29,031 nucleotides of DNA, from NCBI GenBank assembly GCA_029838215.1, contig JALGVI010000061.1, forward strand, positions 1 through 29,031, given 5' to 3'. Position numbers and translations under genes: made by a program. A model generated the notes under the pieces. That model was given only the letters and a program-made list of their open reading frames with translations. It was not told where the DNA came from and searched no databases. This document shows, in pieces, positions 16,196 to 25,508 of the stretch (position 1 is the first letter of the stretch; each line of letters starts with the position of its first letter). This stretch comes from Candidatus Helarchaeota archaeon (GTDB taxonomy: Archaea; Asgardarchaeota; Lokiarchaeia; Helarchaeales; RDOG01).

Positions 16196-16786
16196 TCACA
16201 TCATTAATTTAGCCACGCGCATTGCAGTGAATAGCTTTGTCAAGGGGCTTAGCCATACCTTTCGTTTGATCATGATTAATGCCACGTTTGCGAGCGCTGC
16301 CAAGCGGTGTCCAATTCCACCAACCATGATATCTCCTAAGTTCCCAATGTCCCAATGTGAACCATAGATAACGATATCTGCGTGTGGATGTTGCCAATTT
16401 TTGTATTTCAGTTTTCTTGAACCGCACCGAGGACATTCTCTCTGCACGACTTTTTTTGTTGGAGCACCAATGACAGATTCTTGAGCGGTATCAGGAAGTA
16501 CTATTTTTTCTTCTTTTATGGGTAGATCTTTCCATAGACCGTGCCATCCACATGCCTTGCATTTTATCCAAGGTGTCGAATGGCTTTCATAACGTACCCA
16601 TCTTTTCTTTTCGCCATCTACTTCCATCTCTTCAAAAATTATCACGAGTGCCTCTGTTAGATTAGGTAATGTGATTTGTGCTATCTTGCCGAACAGTTTT
16701 TTCATGTCTTTTTCTTGCTCTTCGCGTGTCTTAGAACGAAGTCCAGCAACAATCATCTCACCAATTACTTCGCCAGGACTTTTCAA
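16196..16786 (-). CDS. Hypothetical protein with C4 Zn-ribbon, possible SCP2-like fold
   Basis: CKACG and CPRCG knuckles; ADIVIYGSHWDI and ...KRKVWLS..KLFTAMRVAKL resemble SCP2 C-terminal elements. TTG start after GGAGAGGA. Confidence 0.7.
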   Translation of the reverse strand: MKSPGEVIGEMIVAGLRSKTREEQEKDMKKLFGKIAQITLPNLTEALVIIFEEMEVDGEKKRWVRYESHSTPWIKCKACGWHGLWKDLPIKEEKIVLPDTAQESVIGAPTKKVVQRECPRCGSRKLKYKNWQHPHADIVIYGSHWDIGNLGDIMVGGIGHRLAALANVALIMIKRKVWLSPLTKLFTAMRVAKLMM

Positions 16787-17024
16787 GTCAGTTCCTCTCC
16801 AAATTCGTCATTTTTTAATCTTTCGAGAGAAAACATGGCATGCATGAATTTTCTCTTTTGTTGGCACTTTGTGCTTTTGGATTTATCGCTTGAAAGATTA
16901 AAAATCTAACTCTTTTTCATTAAAGTATCGTTTTAAATTATGTTTGCTCTCTTTATAAAAATTCGTACAATCCTTACTAATAAGATAATCTTGATGAACC
17001 AATTTAATTACGAGTTTATAAAAT

Positions 17025-17858
17025 TCATTTTTTTTCTTCAGACTCGATTTTAAAAAGTCGCACGTATGGTTTGAAATATTTTTCAACAATTTTGTCAATA
17101 TCTTGAAATGCTTGAAGATCACCTGTTTGAAATTTTTTAAATGCCACGGGATATTCCTTGATAAATTCATCCAAGCATAATTTAAAATTGATCTTAACTT
17201 CTTTCGTAACGATATTGACAACCAACACGCCAATAATCTGTTCATGCATTAGTAAAATGATTTTATAACCGGTATCTTCATTTTCAATGATTTTATAACT
17301 GAGGTCATCAGCATCTTCGATAAATTGCATTACTTCAGGTTCAGCATCTATATTGAGAGTTTTTTCCAATAATGAATAAATCTGATTAACCTTTTTTTGT
17401 TTTTTATCTAATTGGAAAATATAAATTCCGATAATGTGGATGATTTTTTGATAAATATCGGGGCGCGTGGCAATAACGTCATCTATTGTAATGACTCCAA
17501 CCGGTCGATTTTTCTTTGTCATGACAGGTAGTCTCATGACTTTATTCTGGTTAAATAATTCAGCGGCTTCTTCAAGTGAAGCATTTTCATTTATGCTAAT
17601 GATTGGAGACATGATTTCTTGAACGTTGATTTGACGGATGTCGTGAGTGATCTTATCCAAATCCACGAGAACCTTGAATAGATCATATATAGTAACGACG
17701 CCAACAAATTTATTATTAAAAGTGATGAGAACTATTTCAACATCATGATCCGTCATGATTTTTGCTACGTCATAAATTGAATCGAAGGCATTGGCAATCC
17801 TGAGTTCCCTGGTCATTATCTGCTTGACGGTTTCGTATTTAAAAGGAGTGTCCGGCAA
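17025..17858 (-). CDS. CBS-pair (Bateman) protein with C-terminal longin-like domain
   Basis: VKQIMT, FVGVVTIYDL, VQEIMS, RLPVM, PVGVITIDDV form the CBS pair. Residues about 138-277 show a longin-like secondary-structure pattern (tentative). Confidence 0.8.
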   Translation of the reverse strand: MPDTPFKYETVKQIMTRELRIANAFDSIYDVAKIMTDHDVEIVLITFNNKFVGVVTIYDLFKVLVDLDKITHDIRQINVQEIMSPIISINENASLEEAAELFNQNKVMRLPVMTKKNRPVGVITIDDVIATRPDIYQKIIHIIGIYIFQLDKKQKKVNQIYSLLEKTLNIDAEPEVMQFIEDADDLSYKIIENEDTGYKIILLMHEQIIGVLVVNIVTKEVKINFKLCLDEFIKEYPVAFKKFQTGDLQAFQDIDKIVEKYFKPYVRLFKIESEEKK

Positions 17859-17917
17859 AATTACTCACGAAAGTGCCTAAATTCCATTCAATTTTAACTT
17901 ACGTAATTAAACGAGAA

Positions 17918-18328
17918 TCATTTTTCATTTGGTAGAACGATAGTTGGTTCGTGTGTCTGCATTTTATATAATAGTGAAATGGCATCGTACATTGAAAGAA
18001 CACCGTGCAATTTACCTTCTTTAAGAATCGCAATTGCTTTTACGCTTTTTTCTGCCATCAGTTTAATGGCATCTAGAAATTCGGTGCCTTCCCTGATTGT
18101 TTCTATGGGACCCATTAAGTCCCTCGCCGTAACCGAATTGGGATCTTTTCCTTCAATGATGCAAGTTTTTAATAGCGTATTTTTAATGATGGCTCCGAGA
18201 ACTTTCTCATCTTTGTCCACGACAATGGCTGTTAATATATTTGGTTCTGTTAATTTCTTGGTGACTTTTAGCGCTGAATCTTCAGGTTTTACGGTCGTGT
18301 ATTCGTCCGAAAGATATTCAATTTTCAT
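17918..18328 (-). CDS. Stand-alone CBS-pair protein
   Basis: TTVKPEDS, AIVVDKDEKVLGAI, TARDLM, AIAILKEGKLHGVLSMYD. Confidence 0.88.
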   Translation of the reverse strand: MKIEYLSDEYTTVKPEDSALKVTKKLTEPNILTAIVVDKDEKVLGAIIKNTLLKTCIIEGKDPNSVTARDLMGPIETIREGTEFLDAIKLMAEKSVKAIAILKEGKLHGVLSMYDAISLLYKMQTHEPTIVLPNEK

Positions 18329-18476
18329 TTTATAATGACTCCGAATAAAATGAATTCTTGCAATAATTGGTATGAAACTTAATTTCTCTGAGATGATAAT
18401 TAAATTTATCTCAGATGTTCTTTAAATTTGCTTTGAAAAAAATTAGATAAAAACAAAAAAAGAGAATATAAGTGCT

Positions 18477-20510
18477 TTAGATTTTCAGAGCGGCTTTCAT
18501 TCCTTCAGCAGTCGCTTCTAGGGCGGTTCTTGGTTTCTTTGCATCTCCAACCTTCTTTAGAAAAGTTTCTTTTGGCAACATTTCTTTGAGTTGATTGAAC
18601 AGCTTGTCATTGGACCTGACACCTACGGCGAGAACTATGGAATCGGCTTCCAGAAATTCTTGCTTGCCTTCTTTTTCAACGAGAACTCCAAAGGGTTTTT
18701 CAGTGATTTCAACGGCTTTTGTTTTGGGAATCATTTTGACGCCTCTCACGGCCAGATCTTTTAGAATGGTCCACCTGGTTGTAGGTCCGATTCCTCCACC
18801 CAAACTACCGAGCATCTCGATAACGGTAATGTCACGAGATTTCATTGACATCTGAAGAGCATCTTCAGGAGTCAGGGCTTTCCATTGCATTAAAAACATG
18901 GCTTGTTCATTAGTCAAGCTCCCTTCTTCTGCAAGGTATAATGCGGTTTCGCATCCCACGCCAGCACCACCAACAACGACGACTCTTTTTCCAGCATGTC
19001 TTCGCTTTGCCAGAATATCATAGGCATGAATTATCCTCGGATCGTCTTTCTTCATGCCTGGAATCTTGAGTTCTATTGGACTTGATCCCGTTGCCACGAT
19101 CACGGCATCGGCTCCCATTTCAATGATCATGTCTGCATCAATCTTGCTACCGAGATGTACCTTAACGCCCACTTTGGGAAGGATTCGTTCGTACCATTTT
19201 ATCAGTTCGTGAAATTCAGATCGACCCGGAGGCATTCCCGCATATCTCAAATCACCTCCAAGTTCATCTTCCGCTTCGAATAATGAGACATTGTGCCCCC
19301 TTAGAGCTGCCACTCGTGCGGCTTCACATCCTCCGGGACCGCCTCCGATCACTACGACCATTTTCTTTTTATCTGCAGGAGTTATCTTCCGTTTTTCTTC
19401 AAAACCGACTTGTGGATTTGCAGTACAAGTAATGGGACTAGCGGAGAAAACGGCATCAAAGCAACCTTGGTTGCAAGCAAGACAATGGCGGATTTCGTCA
19501 TATCTTCCTGTTTTTGTTTTCACCAAGAATTCAGGATCTGTTATCAACGCTCGCCCAAGAGCAATTATGTCCACGCGTTCTTGTCGCAAAACCGATTCTG
19601 CCAATAACGGATCACTTATGCGATTCGCCATGGATACCAGTACTCCCGTTCCTTCCACGGCGTTTTTAATGTTTTCGCCCAGATAAACGTAAGTACCTCG
19701 TGGCACGTTCATTGTCAGTTGTGGTATTCCTGTTTCATGCCAACCACCAGTCACGTTTATGAGGTCAATTTGTCCGGCTTGTGCAAGGGATTTCATTATA
19801 GGTGCGATCTCTTTATACGAGTTGCTACCCGGAACCATGTCATCTCCAGCAGCCCGATATATTACCAAGAAATCCTTTCCAACTTGTTTTCGAACTGCCG
19901 CAGTAACTTCGTGCATGAATCGCATTCGATTTTCAAGACTTCCTCCATACTCATCAGTTCGAAGATTTGTCAGGGGTGAGAGGAATTGACATATGAGATA
20001 ACCGGCAGAACCGATGATTTCGACGCCATCAAACCCTGCTTCCTTTGCCATGGCAGCACCACTTGCAAACTCCTGAATTGCATTCTTGATTTCATCAATA
20101 GTCATTTCACGTGGTGTTTCTTTTGTGAATTTAGTGTAAACCGCAGATGGACCAATGGCTTGTTTCTTACCACCAGGCATGGTGAAACTGTGAACATAGC
20201 GACCTCCATGATAAAGCTGGGCGGCACAAGGACATCCTACTTCGTGCATCGCATTAGCAAAATCGGTTAATCCTGGTAAAAACTTGTCATCATCCAATCC
20301 AATCATGGTTACAGGGCCCGCTAGAGGTCCAATTCGACATCCACCAATGAGAATGATTCCCACGTCATTTTTCGCACGTTCTAGGTAAAAATCGATAAGT
20401 CGCGGAGTAACGAACCCATCACCCTTTGTCATTCCTGTATGCATTGCAGGCATTAAGGTGCGTGTTCGTAATCGAGTCTGATTTACCGTGATTGGTTCTA
20501 ATAACTTCAT
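18477..20510 (-). CDS. fadH: 2,4-dienoyl-CoA reductase (FadH-type OYE TIM barrel + 4Fe-4S + FAD domain)
   Basis: MPAMHT, QLYHGGRY, GFDGVEIIGSAGYLI, RTDEYGGSLENR, GWHE, CLACNQGC..C, GGGPGG, GGAGVG. ATG 20510 preferred over 20582. Confidence 0.88.
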   Translation of the reverse strand: MKLLEPITVNQTRLRTRTLMPAMHTGMTKGDGFVTPRLIDFYLERAKNDVGIILIGGCRIGPLAGPVTMIGLDDDKFLPGLTDFANAMHEVGCPCAAQLYHGGRYVHSFTMPGGKKQAIGPSAVYTKFTKETPREMTIDEIKNAIQEFASGAAMAKEAGFDGVEIIGSAGYLICQFLSPLTNLRTDEYGGSLENRMRFMHEVTAAVRKQVGKDFLVIYRAAGDDMVPGSNSYKEIAPIMKSLAQAGQIDLINVTGGWHETGIPQLTMNVPRGTYVYLGENIKNAVEGTGVLVSMANRISDPLLAESVLRQERVDIIALGRALITDPEFLVKTKTGRYDEIRHCLACNQGCFDAVFSASPITCTANPQVGFEEKRKITPADKKKMVVVIGGGPGGCEAARVAALRGHNVSLFEAEDELGGDLRYAGMPPGRSEFHELIKWYERILPKVGVKVHLGSKIDADMIIEMGADAVIVATGSSPIELKIPGMKKDDPRIIHAYDILAKRRHAGKRVVVVGGAGVGCETALYLAEEGSLTNEQAMFLMQWKALTPEDALQMSMKSRDITVIEMLGSLGGGIGPTTRWTILKDLAVRGVKMIPKTKAVEITEKPFGVLVEKEGKQEFLEADSIVLAVGVRSNDKLFNQLKEMLPKETFLKKVGDAKKPRTALEATAEGMKAALKI

Positions 20511-20616
20511 TAATTTCACCTGATTTAAATAAAAATTAATCTCATTCAAGAATTCATGTTCATAATAAATAAAAAAAATCACAAATAAATGCTTTTTTCA
20601 AAAATTAAAGACGATA

Positions 20617-20629
20617 TCACGATTCGTGA
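20617..20629. promoter_or_regulatory. Perfect inverted repeat TCACGA-T-TCGTGA upstream of fadH
   Basis: 13-bp palindrome in an AT-rich intergenic region 107-119 nt upstream of the fadH start. Confidence 0.35.
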
Positions 20630-20751
20630 AATGAAACGGAAAAAAAAGAGAACGTCATTTTGATGATTGGTTTTCATTTTTGCATTAAAAAAGGATTTCT
20701 TTGGATTGAATTAAAAAAAATGGAAAGAACGGCTACTAATTTTTCGAGACT

Positions 20752-21270
20752 TTAATTTCCTTTCAATTGTTGCAATACAATTTCAGGAACTATCTTTTTA
20801 ATGCCTTCAATCTTACCTAACCAGTTTGAAATGAAAGAACTCAAGTATGCGCTATTTTTTGCCCAAAACTCAAACCTGATAAGATGATCTCCTGTAACGA
20901 TTTTTAAATTACGAATATCGGGGTGAGGCTCGAGTTTATCCAGAATTTCATGAACTCTTTCTGCCTCCACGTCCAATTTGATTTCAGCAACGACCTCGAA
21001 GTTGATGAGCTTGGGATCTATTTCAATAGTATATTTTTTAATGATTCCTTTCTCTTCAAGAGCATAAACGCGTTTTCGGATGGTTGATTCTGAGAGTTTC
21101 AGGTGTTTTGCAATTTCGGTAAAAGGAGTGCGAGCATTTTGTTTTAAAATTTCGAGAATGTTTAAGTCTTTCTCATCTAATGTAACTTTAATCGGGAAAT
21201 ATGGAAATTTTCTTGACTTGATATCGGCAAATTTTGTTTGTTTTTTCGCTCGAGTTAGAACATCCACCAT
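20752..21270 (-). CDS. Lrp/AsnC-family transcriptional regulator
   Basis: LDEKDLNILEILKQNARTPFTEIAK.L.LSESTIRKRVYALEEKGII HTH; RAM domain with VTGDH. Confidence 0.93.
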   Translation of the reverse strand: MVDVLTRAKKQTKFADIKSRKFPYFPIKVTLDEKDLNILEILKQNARTPFTEIAKHLKLSESTIRKRVYALEEKGIIKKYTIEIDPKLINFEVVAEIKLDVEAERVHEILDKLEPHPDIRNLKIVTGDHLIRFEFWAKNSAYLSSFISNWLGKIEGIKKIVPEIVLQQLKGN

Positions 21271-21559
21271 GTTATTTCTTATCTCCTTAAAAAATTTTCA
21301 TTTTAAAAACCAATAAATTCGTCATGAACTCGCCATTATACGAATTTTATCGTCAATACAGTAAATGGAATCTTTGCATATATATCACTGCTATATTGAC
21401 AGGAATCAGCTATACAAAACTAAAGTTATGCAGTTTTCAAGTCGCTTGCTAACCTACGGATGAAAAAATCAAATAAAGAAGGAAAATCAGTTACATGATA
21501 AATCATTATTGGTCTAAAACTCTAATTTACCAATTAATTCAGCAATCTTTTAAAATAGT

Positions 21560-22528
21560 TTATATCTTGCTTTCAGAATACCAACCACCTTGAATGTAGA
21601 GGAATGCGTTCACGGCTGCGGTTGCACCTTCTCCAACTCCTACACTAATTTGTAGGAAGCCTCCTGTTATGTCGCCTGCTGCATAAATGCCGTCCTTGCT
21701 GGTCTCCTGTCTGCGATTTACCAAGATATAGCCCTCGTCATCCAACTTGAGTCCAAGTTTTTTTGCCAATTCATTTTGGGGAATTTCTCCGATATTGATG
21801 AAAACACCATCAACGGGAATCTCTTGGAGCTCGTTCGTTTTCACGTTACGAATGACTATTGATTGAACGGAATCTTGTCCCTTGATCTCTTGGATGACAG
21901 AGTCCCAATATTTCTTGATATTTGGGTTTGATTTAACGGCTTCTTTCAAGAATTCTTCACCACGAAGCTCTCTTCTCCGATGAACGAGATTGACAACTGC
22001 TTCCAAATTCTCATTTAAATATCGCGCAGAAAGACAAGCATTATTCGAGCCACCGACCACAGCCACTTTTTTATTCTTGAAAAAAGGACCATCACAGGTA
22101 GAGCAATAAGAAACTCCCCGCCCCGCAAGTTTTTCTTCGCCAAGAACATTCAGCTTTCGGTGTTTTGTTCCCATTGCAAGGATGCACGCCTTACAATAGT
22201 ATTGTTCTTCATTTTCAGAAGTGCACTTGATTCGATATTTCTTTTCAATCGTGATATCGACGATTTTCGTTATTTCTATGATTTTTGCCCCTGCCGTTTC
22301 CGCATGTTCACGCATCTTATCCATGAGGTCCATGCCTGAAATGGCTTTAAAACCGGGATAATTCTCGATGAGTGGAGAAGTCGATGACAACCCACCCGTG
22401 ACCTTTTCTTCGATGATTGCGGTTTTCATTCCATACCGGGCAGAATAAATCGCAGCGGAAAGACCTGCGGCACCTCCACCAACGATTATGATGTCATATT
22501 CAAAAAACCCTGACAAAACAATCACCAA
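21560..22528 (-). CDS. trxB: Thioredoxin-disulfide reductase
   Basis: GGGAAGLSAA, IENYPGF, GRGVSYCSTCDG (CxxC), HRR, GIYAAGD. Exact start uncertain (TTG/GTG). Confidence 0.92.
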   Translation of the reverse strand: MVIVLSGFFEYDIIIVGGGAAGLSAAIYSARYGMKTAIIEEKVTGGLSSTSPLIENYPGFKAISGMDLMDKMREHAETAGAKIIEITKIVDITIEKKYRIKCTSENEEQYYCKACILAMGTKHRKLNVLGEEKLAGRGVSYCSTCDGPFFKNKKVAVVGGSNNACLSARYLNENLEAVVNLVHRRRELRGEEFLKEAVKSNPNIKKYWDSVIQEIKGQDSVQSIVIRNVKTNELQEIPVDGVFINIGEIPQNELAKKLGLKLDDEGYILVNRRQETSKDGIYAAGDITGGFLQISVGVGEGATAAVNAFLYIQGGWYSESKI

Positions 22529-22556
22529 GAAAAGAAATTAAAAAATAATAGAATAA

Positions 22557-23021
22557 TTATTTGAGCTCTATTTTACGCTTGACTACGGCTCTTGGAGCTT
22601 TGATTAGCACGACTCCTTGCTTGAATTCAGCAGTTGTTTCATCGGGCTTGATTGTTATGGGTAGATGAATTGATTTTTTGAAACACCTGAATTCTTGTTG
22701 ATGATGTTCCGTTCCCCACCTTTCAAATTTGACCTTTTCTCTCATTTCAGCTTCGATTTCGATGGAGTTCTCACTGGCATGAACTTCAATGTTTTCCTTC
22801 TCTACTTTTGGAAGGTCAACCGAAATAATCACTTCATCTTTTGTTATTTCATAATCCATCAATGGTTCAAGAGAGCATTGCAAGTTATCCCAACTGGGTT
22901 TTCCGAAATCGCGTAACTTGAAAGCGTTAAAGAACCGTCTTTCAAAATCATCGAGGATGCTGTCATAAATGTCGAATATTGATTCCCGTTTTTTAATCGG
23001 CAAACGTTTTTCATTTGACAT
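22557..23021 (-). CDS. hsp20: Small heat-shock protein (alpha-crystallin domain)
   Basis: EPLMD, VDLPKVEKENIEV, F..SI.LP..I, AEFKQGVVLI; GAGGTG upstream of ATG 23021. Confidence 0.92.
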   Translation of the reverse strand: MSNEKRLPIKKRESIFDIYDSILDDFERRFFNAFKLRDFGKPSWDNLQCSLEPLMDYEITKDEVIISVDLPKVEKENIEVHASENSIEIEAEMREKVKFERWGTEHHQQEFRCFKKSIHLPITIKPDETTAEFKQGVVLIKAPRAVVKRKIELK

Positions 23022-23031
23022 GATAAACACC

Positions 23032-23790
23032 TCATCCGAACATGGCAGGAAGGTCTGTCTGTTGCATTCCTCCTTGTTCCATCTGCCGTTGCATCATTTC
23101 TTGTGTTCGTGCCATCGTGTCCCGCAACTTCAAGCGAAGTTCTTCTGCTTTTTCTAATAGTTCTTTCACGTCGACATTAAGACCGGTGAGTTGATTCATC
23201 GTTTCGATTAAACTTGCAGCTGCTGCGGGGTCAGGATATTTAAGGAATGATTCCACGCCAAGTGCTATGATGTTTACCCTAGGTTCGACTTTTTTTGCTT
23301 CCCACAATATGCTAGCGTGTGCGCCTGCAAGCACGCCCGTATCTATAAACTTGATATCCTTAGATTTTAATGCTTCACTGGTCTCCTCAATTATTGCATT
23401 AGCAAACACGGTTGGTTTTTCGATGTTTAATCTATTTGGAATGGGAATACCGTAAAGAACGAAAACTTGCTTGATTTTTCGGTCTTGGACCCAATGAACA
23501 ATTGTTTCCGCTACAGGCAAAATGGCATCCGGAGGGATTGGTATTTCTGAAATAAGAAACGCTGTTTTATCCTTATAATAAATCCGTGCGGGAGATTTTA
23601 TTTTCCCACCGTGAAGAACAACGAGAGGAGGGAATAAACTAGAATCAAGATGTCCCAACTCCTCCATCTTCAAAGTATCAATTACATGCATACCTGAAAT
23701 CAATCCTACCAGACCGACATCAGGAAACCCAATTATGAGATTTTCTATTTCTTTTGTTTCATATTCGCTAATAAAAATTTGTGAATCCAT
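23032..23790 (-). CDS. Proteasome assembly chaperone family protein (PAC2/PbaA-PbaB-like)
   Basis: LIIGFPDVGLVGLI, FPPLVVL..G....PARIY, PDPAAAASLIE, VDVKELLEKAEE. ATG 23790 preferred. Confidence 0.85.
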   Translation of the reverse strand: MDSQIFISEYETKEIENLIIGFPDVGLVGLISGMHVIDTLKMEELGHLDSSLFPPLVVLHGGKIKSPARIYYKDKTAFLISEIPIPPDAILPVAETIVHWVQDRKIKQVFVLYGIPIPNRLNIEKPTVFANAIIEETSEALKSKDIKFIDTGVLAGAHASILWEAKKVEPRVNIIALGVESFLKYPDPAAAASLIETMNQLTGLNVDVKELLEKAEELRLKLRDTMARTQEMMQRQMEQGGMQQTDLPAMFG

Positions 23791-23987
23791 GATTACCAAA
23801 TTCTCCTTTTCACTGAGTTCTAAATTTAGTACGACTTTTCTAGTTTTTAAATCTTTAATTTTACGTCGATTACGTAATTCAAATAAGTTCCGTGTTTTAT
23901 GAAGAGCTTGATTTTTTTTCTATTAATCCATTTTAAATCATATCGAAAAATTGAATGAAAGGAAATTTATTGAATTGGTGAACAAAA

Positions 23988-25508
23988 ATGAAGTTCAACG
24001 TAAAAATCACGAGCCAAGCGAGTGAAGAAAAAGGAAACCTTTTAGTTTGTGGAATTTATCAAGAAAATGAAAAAAATCCGTCAAGATGCTTTGATAATTT
24101 GAACTCGTCAATGAAATCATTCATCACGGGGATTATTTCTCGTGGAGATTTTAAGGGGATTGTTGGTAATTCTTTAATCATCTACCCCAAAGGGGAAATT
24201 GGATTTGATAAGTTACTTCTCGTTGGAATGGGGAAAAAAGAGGAACTAAATGCTGAAAAAATCCGTCAAGTTGCCAGTGTCAGCCTAAAAGCCGTCAAAC
24301 GCATAAATCTCAAGTCGTTCTCGACCTTGTTATTTGGAATTGAACGCAATGACTTGCAATTATCCAATATCGTAGAAGCCATGATTGAAGGATTTGAATT
24401 GACCGATTATCGATTTACCGATTTCATCACAGAAAAGAAGGATGAAATCAAGAAGATTGATGAAATAACGCTCATTCATGACGAAAAAGAGGATGAAATA
24501 CGGAGTGCGGTAAAAATGGGAAAAATTATGGCAGATGCGACAGTTCTTGCCCGCAACATGGGGAATTGGCCTGCAAATATCGGTACTCCCACAAAGATTG
24601 CTTCGGTTGCTGAGGAATTGGCACGAACGCATGATCAATTGGAATGTGAAGTGTTTTCTCAGCCTGAATTAGAACAGATGAACTTTGGTTCATTTCTATC
24701 CGTTGCGAGGGGAAGCAACGAACCGTGTAAATTCATCGTGATTAAATATGAGCCATCAAGTTCTGCGAAACAGACCATCGTTTTGATCGGAAAGGGAATC
24801 ACGTTTGATTCCGGTGGAATTTCGCTCAAGACTCCCAACAAGATGTGGGAGATGAAGATGGACATGAGCGGGGCAGCGGCCGTAATTGGTGCTATAAAGG
24901 GCGTTTCAGAACTACAGCTTCCGTTGAGAGTTATCGGGCTCATTCCGGCGACCGAGAATCTTCCCGGTGGTATCTCCCCGAACAAGCCCGGAGACATTAT
25001 CACGAGTCTTTCTGGGAAGACAATTGAGATCATAAACACGGATGCGGAAGGAAGATTAATCTTAGTGGATGCAATAACCCACGCTGCAAAATATAAACCC
25101 GATATTGTAATTGATATAGCGACCCTTACAGGAGCGTGCATGGTTGCATTAGGTTCTTTTGCTTCAGGTATCTTTAGCGATGATGATGAATTAGTTGCAG
25201 AATTGGTCGAAGCGGGAAAACAGATTCATGAAAGACTCTGGCGGCTACCAGTATGGGAAGAATACGAAAAAGGAATGGAGAGCGAAATTGCTGACGTGAA
25301 AAATCTCGGTGAAAGAATGGGAGGGGCGAGTTATGCGGCTGCATTCCTCAAGCATTTCACGACAAAAGACTATAGATGGGCACACGTGGATATTGCGCCT
25401 ACAATGTTGTCCGAAAAGGAATCACATTACGTGCCGAAGGGGGCGACAGGAGTCGGCGTGAGGTTATTTTTGCAATTTTTACGAAATAGAAGTAAGATAG
25501 AGGAGTGA
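23988..25508 (+). CDS. pepA: Leucyl aminopeptidase (M17)
   Basis: GKGITFDSGGISLK, MKMDMSGAA, NTDAEGRL, DIATLTGA, HVDIA, GATGVGVR. Confidence 0.96.
   Translation: MKFNVKITSQASEEKGNLLVCGIYQENEKNPSRCFDNLNSSMKSFITGIISRGDFKGIVGNSLIIYPKGEIGFDKLLLVGMGKKEELNAEKIRQVASVSLKAVKRINLKSFSTLLFGIERNDLQLSNIVEAMIEGFELTDYRFTDFITEKKDEIKKIDEITLIHDEKEDEIRSAVKMGKIMADATVLARNMGNWPANIGTPTKIASVAEELARTHDQLECEVFSQPELEQMNFGSFLSVARGSNEPCKFIVIKYEPSSSAKQTIVLIGKGITFDSGGISLKTPNKMWEMKMDMSGAAAVIGAIKGVSELQLPLRVIGLIPATENLPGGISPNKPGDIITSLSGKTIEIINTDAEGRLILVDAITHAAKYKPDIVIDIATLTGACMVALGSFASGIFSDDDELVAELVEAGKQIHERLWRLPVWEEYEKGMESEIADVKNLGERMGGASYAAAFLKHFTTKDYRWAHVDIAPTMLSEKESHYVPKGATGVGVRLFLQFLRNRSKIEE

Noticed and set aside
16898-17245. 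115-aa minus-strand ORF overlapping the CBS protein's 3' end
   Set aside because: Alternative frame of the same strand, low-complexity K/N/F composition and no recognisable motif.
20511-20582. N-terminal extension of FadH (MIFFIYYEHEF...)
   Set aside because: AT-rich upstream sequence read in frame; family similarity starts at MKLLEP (20510).
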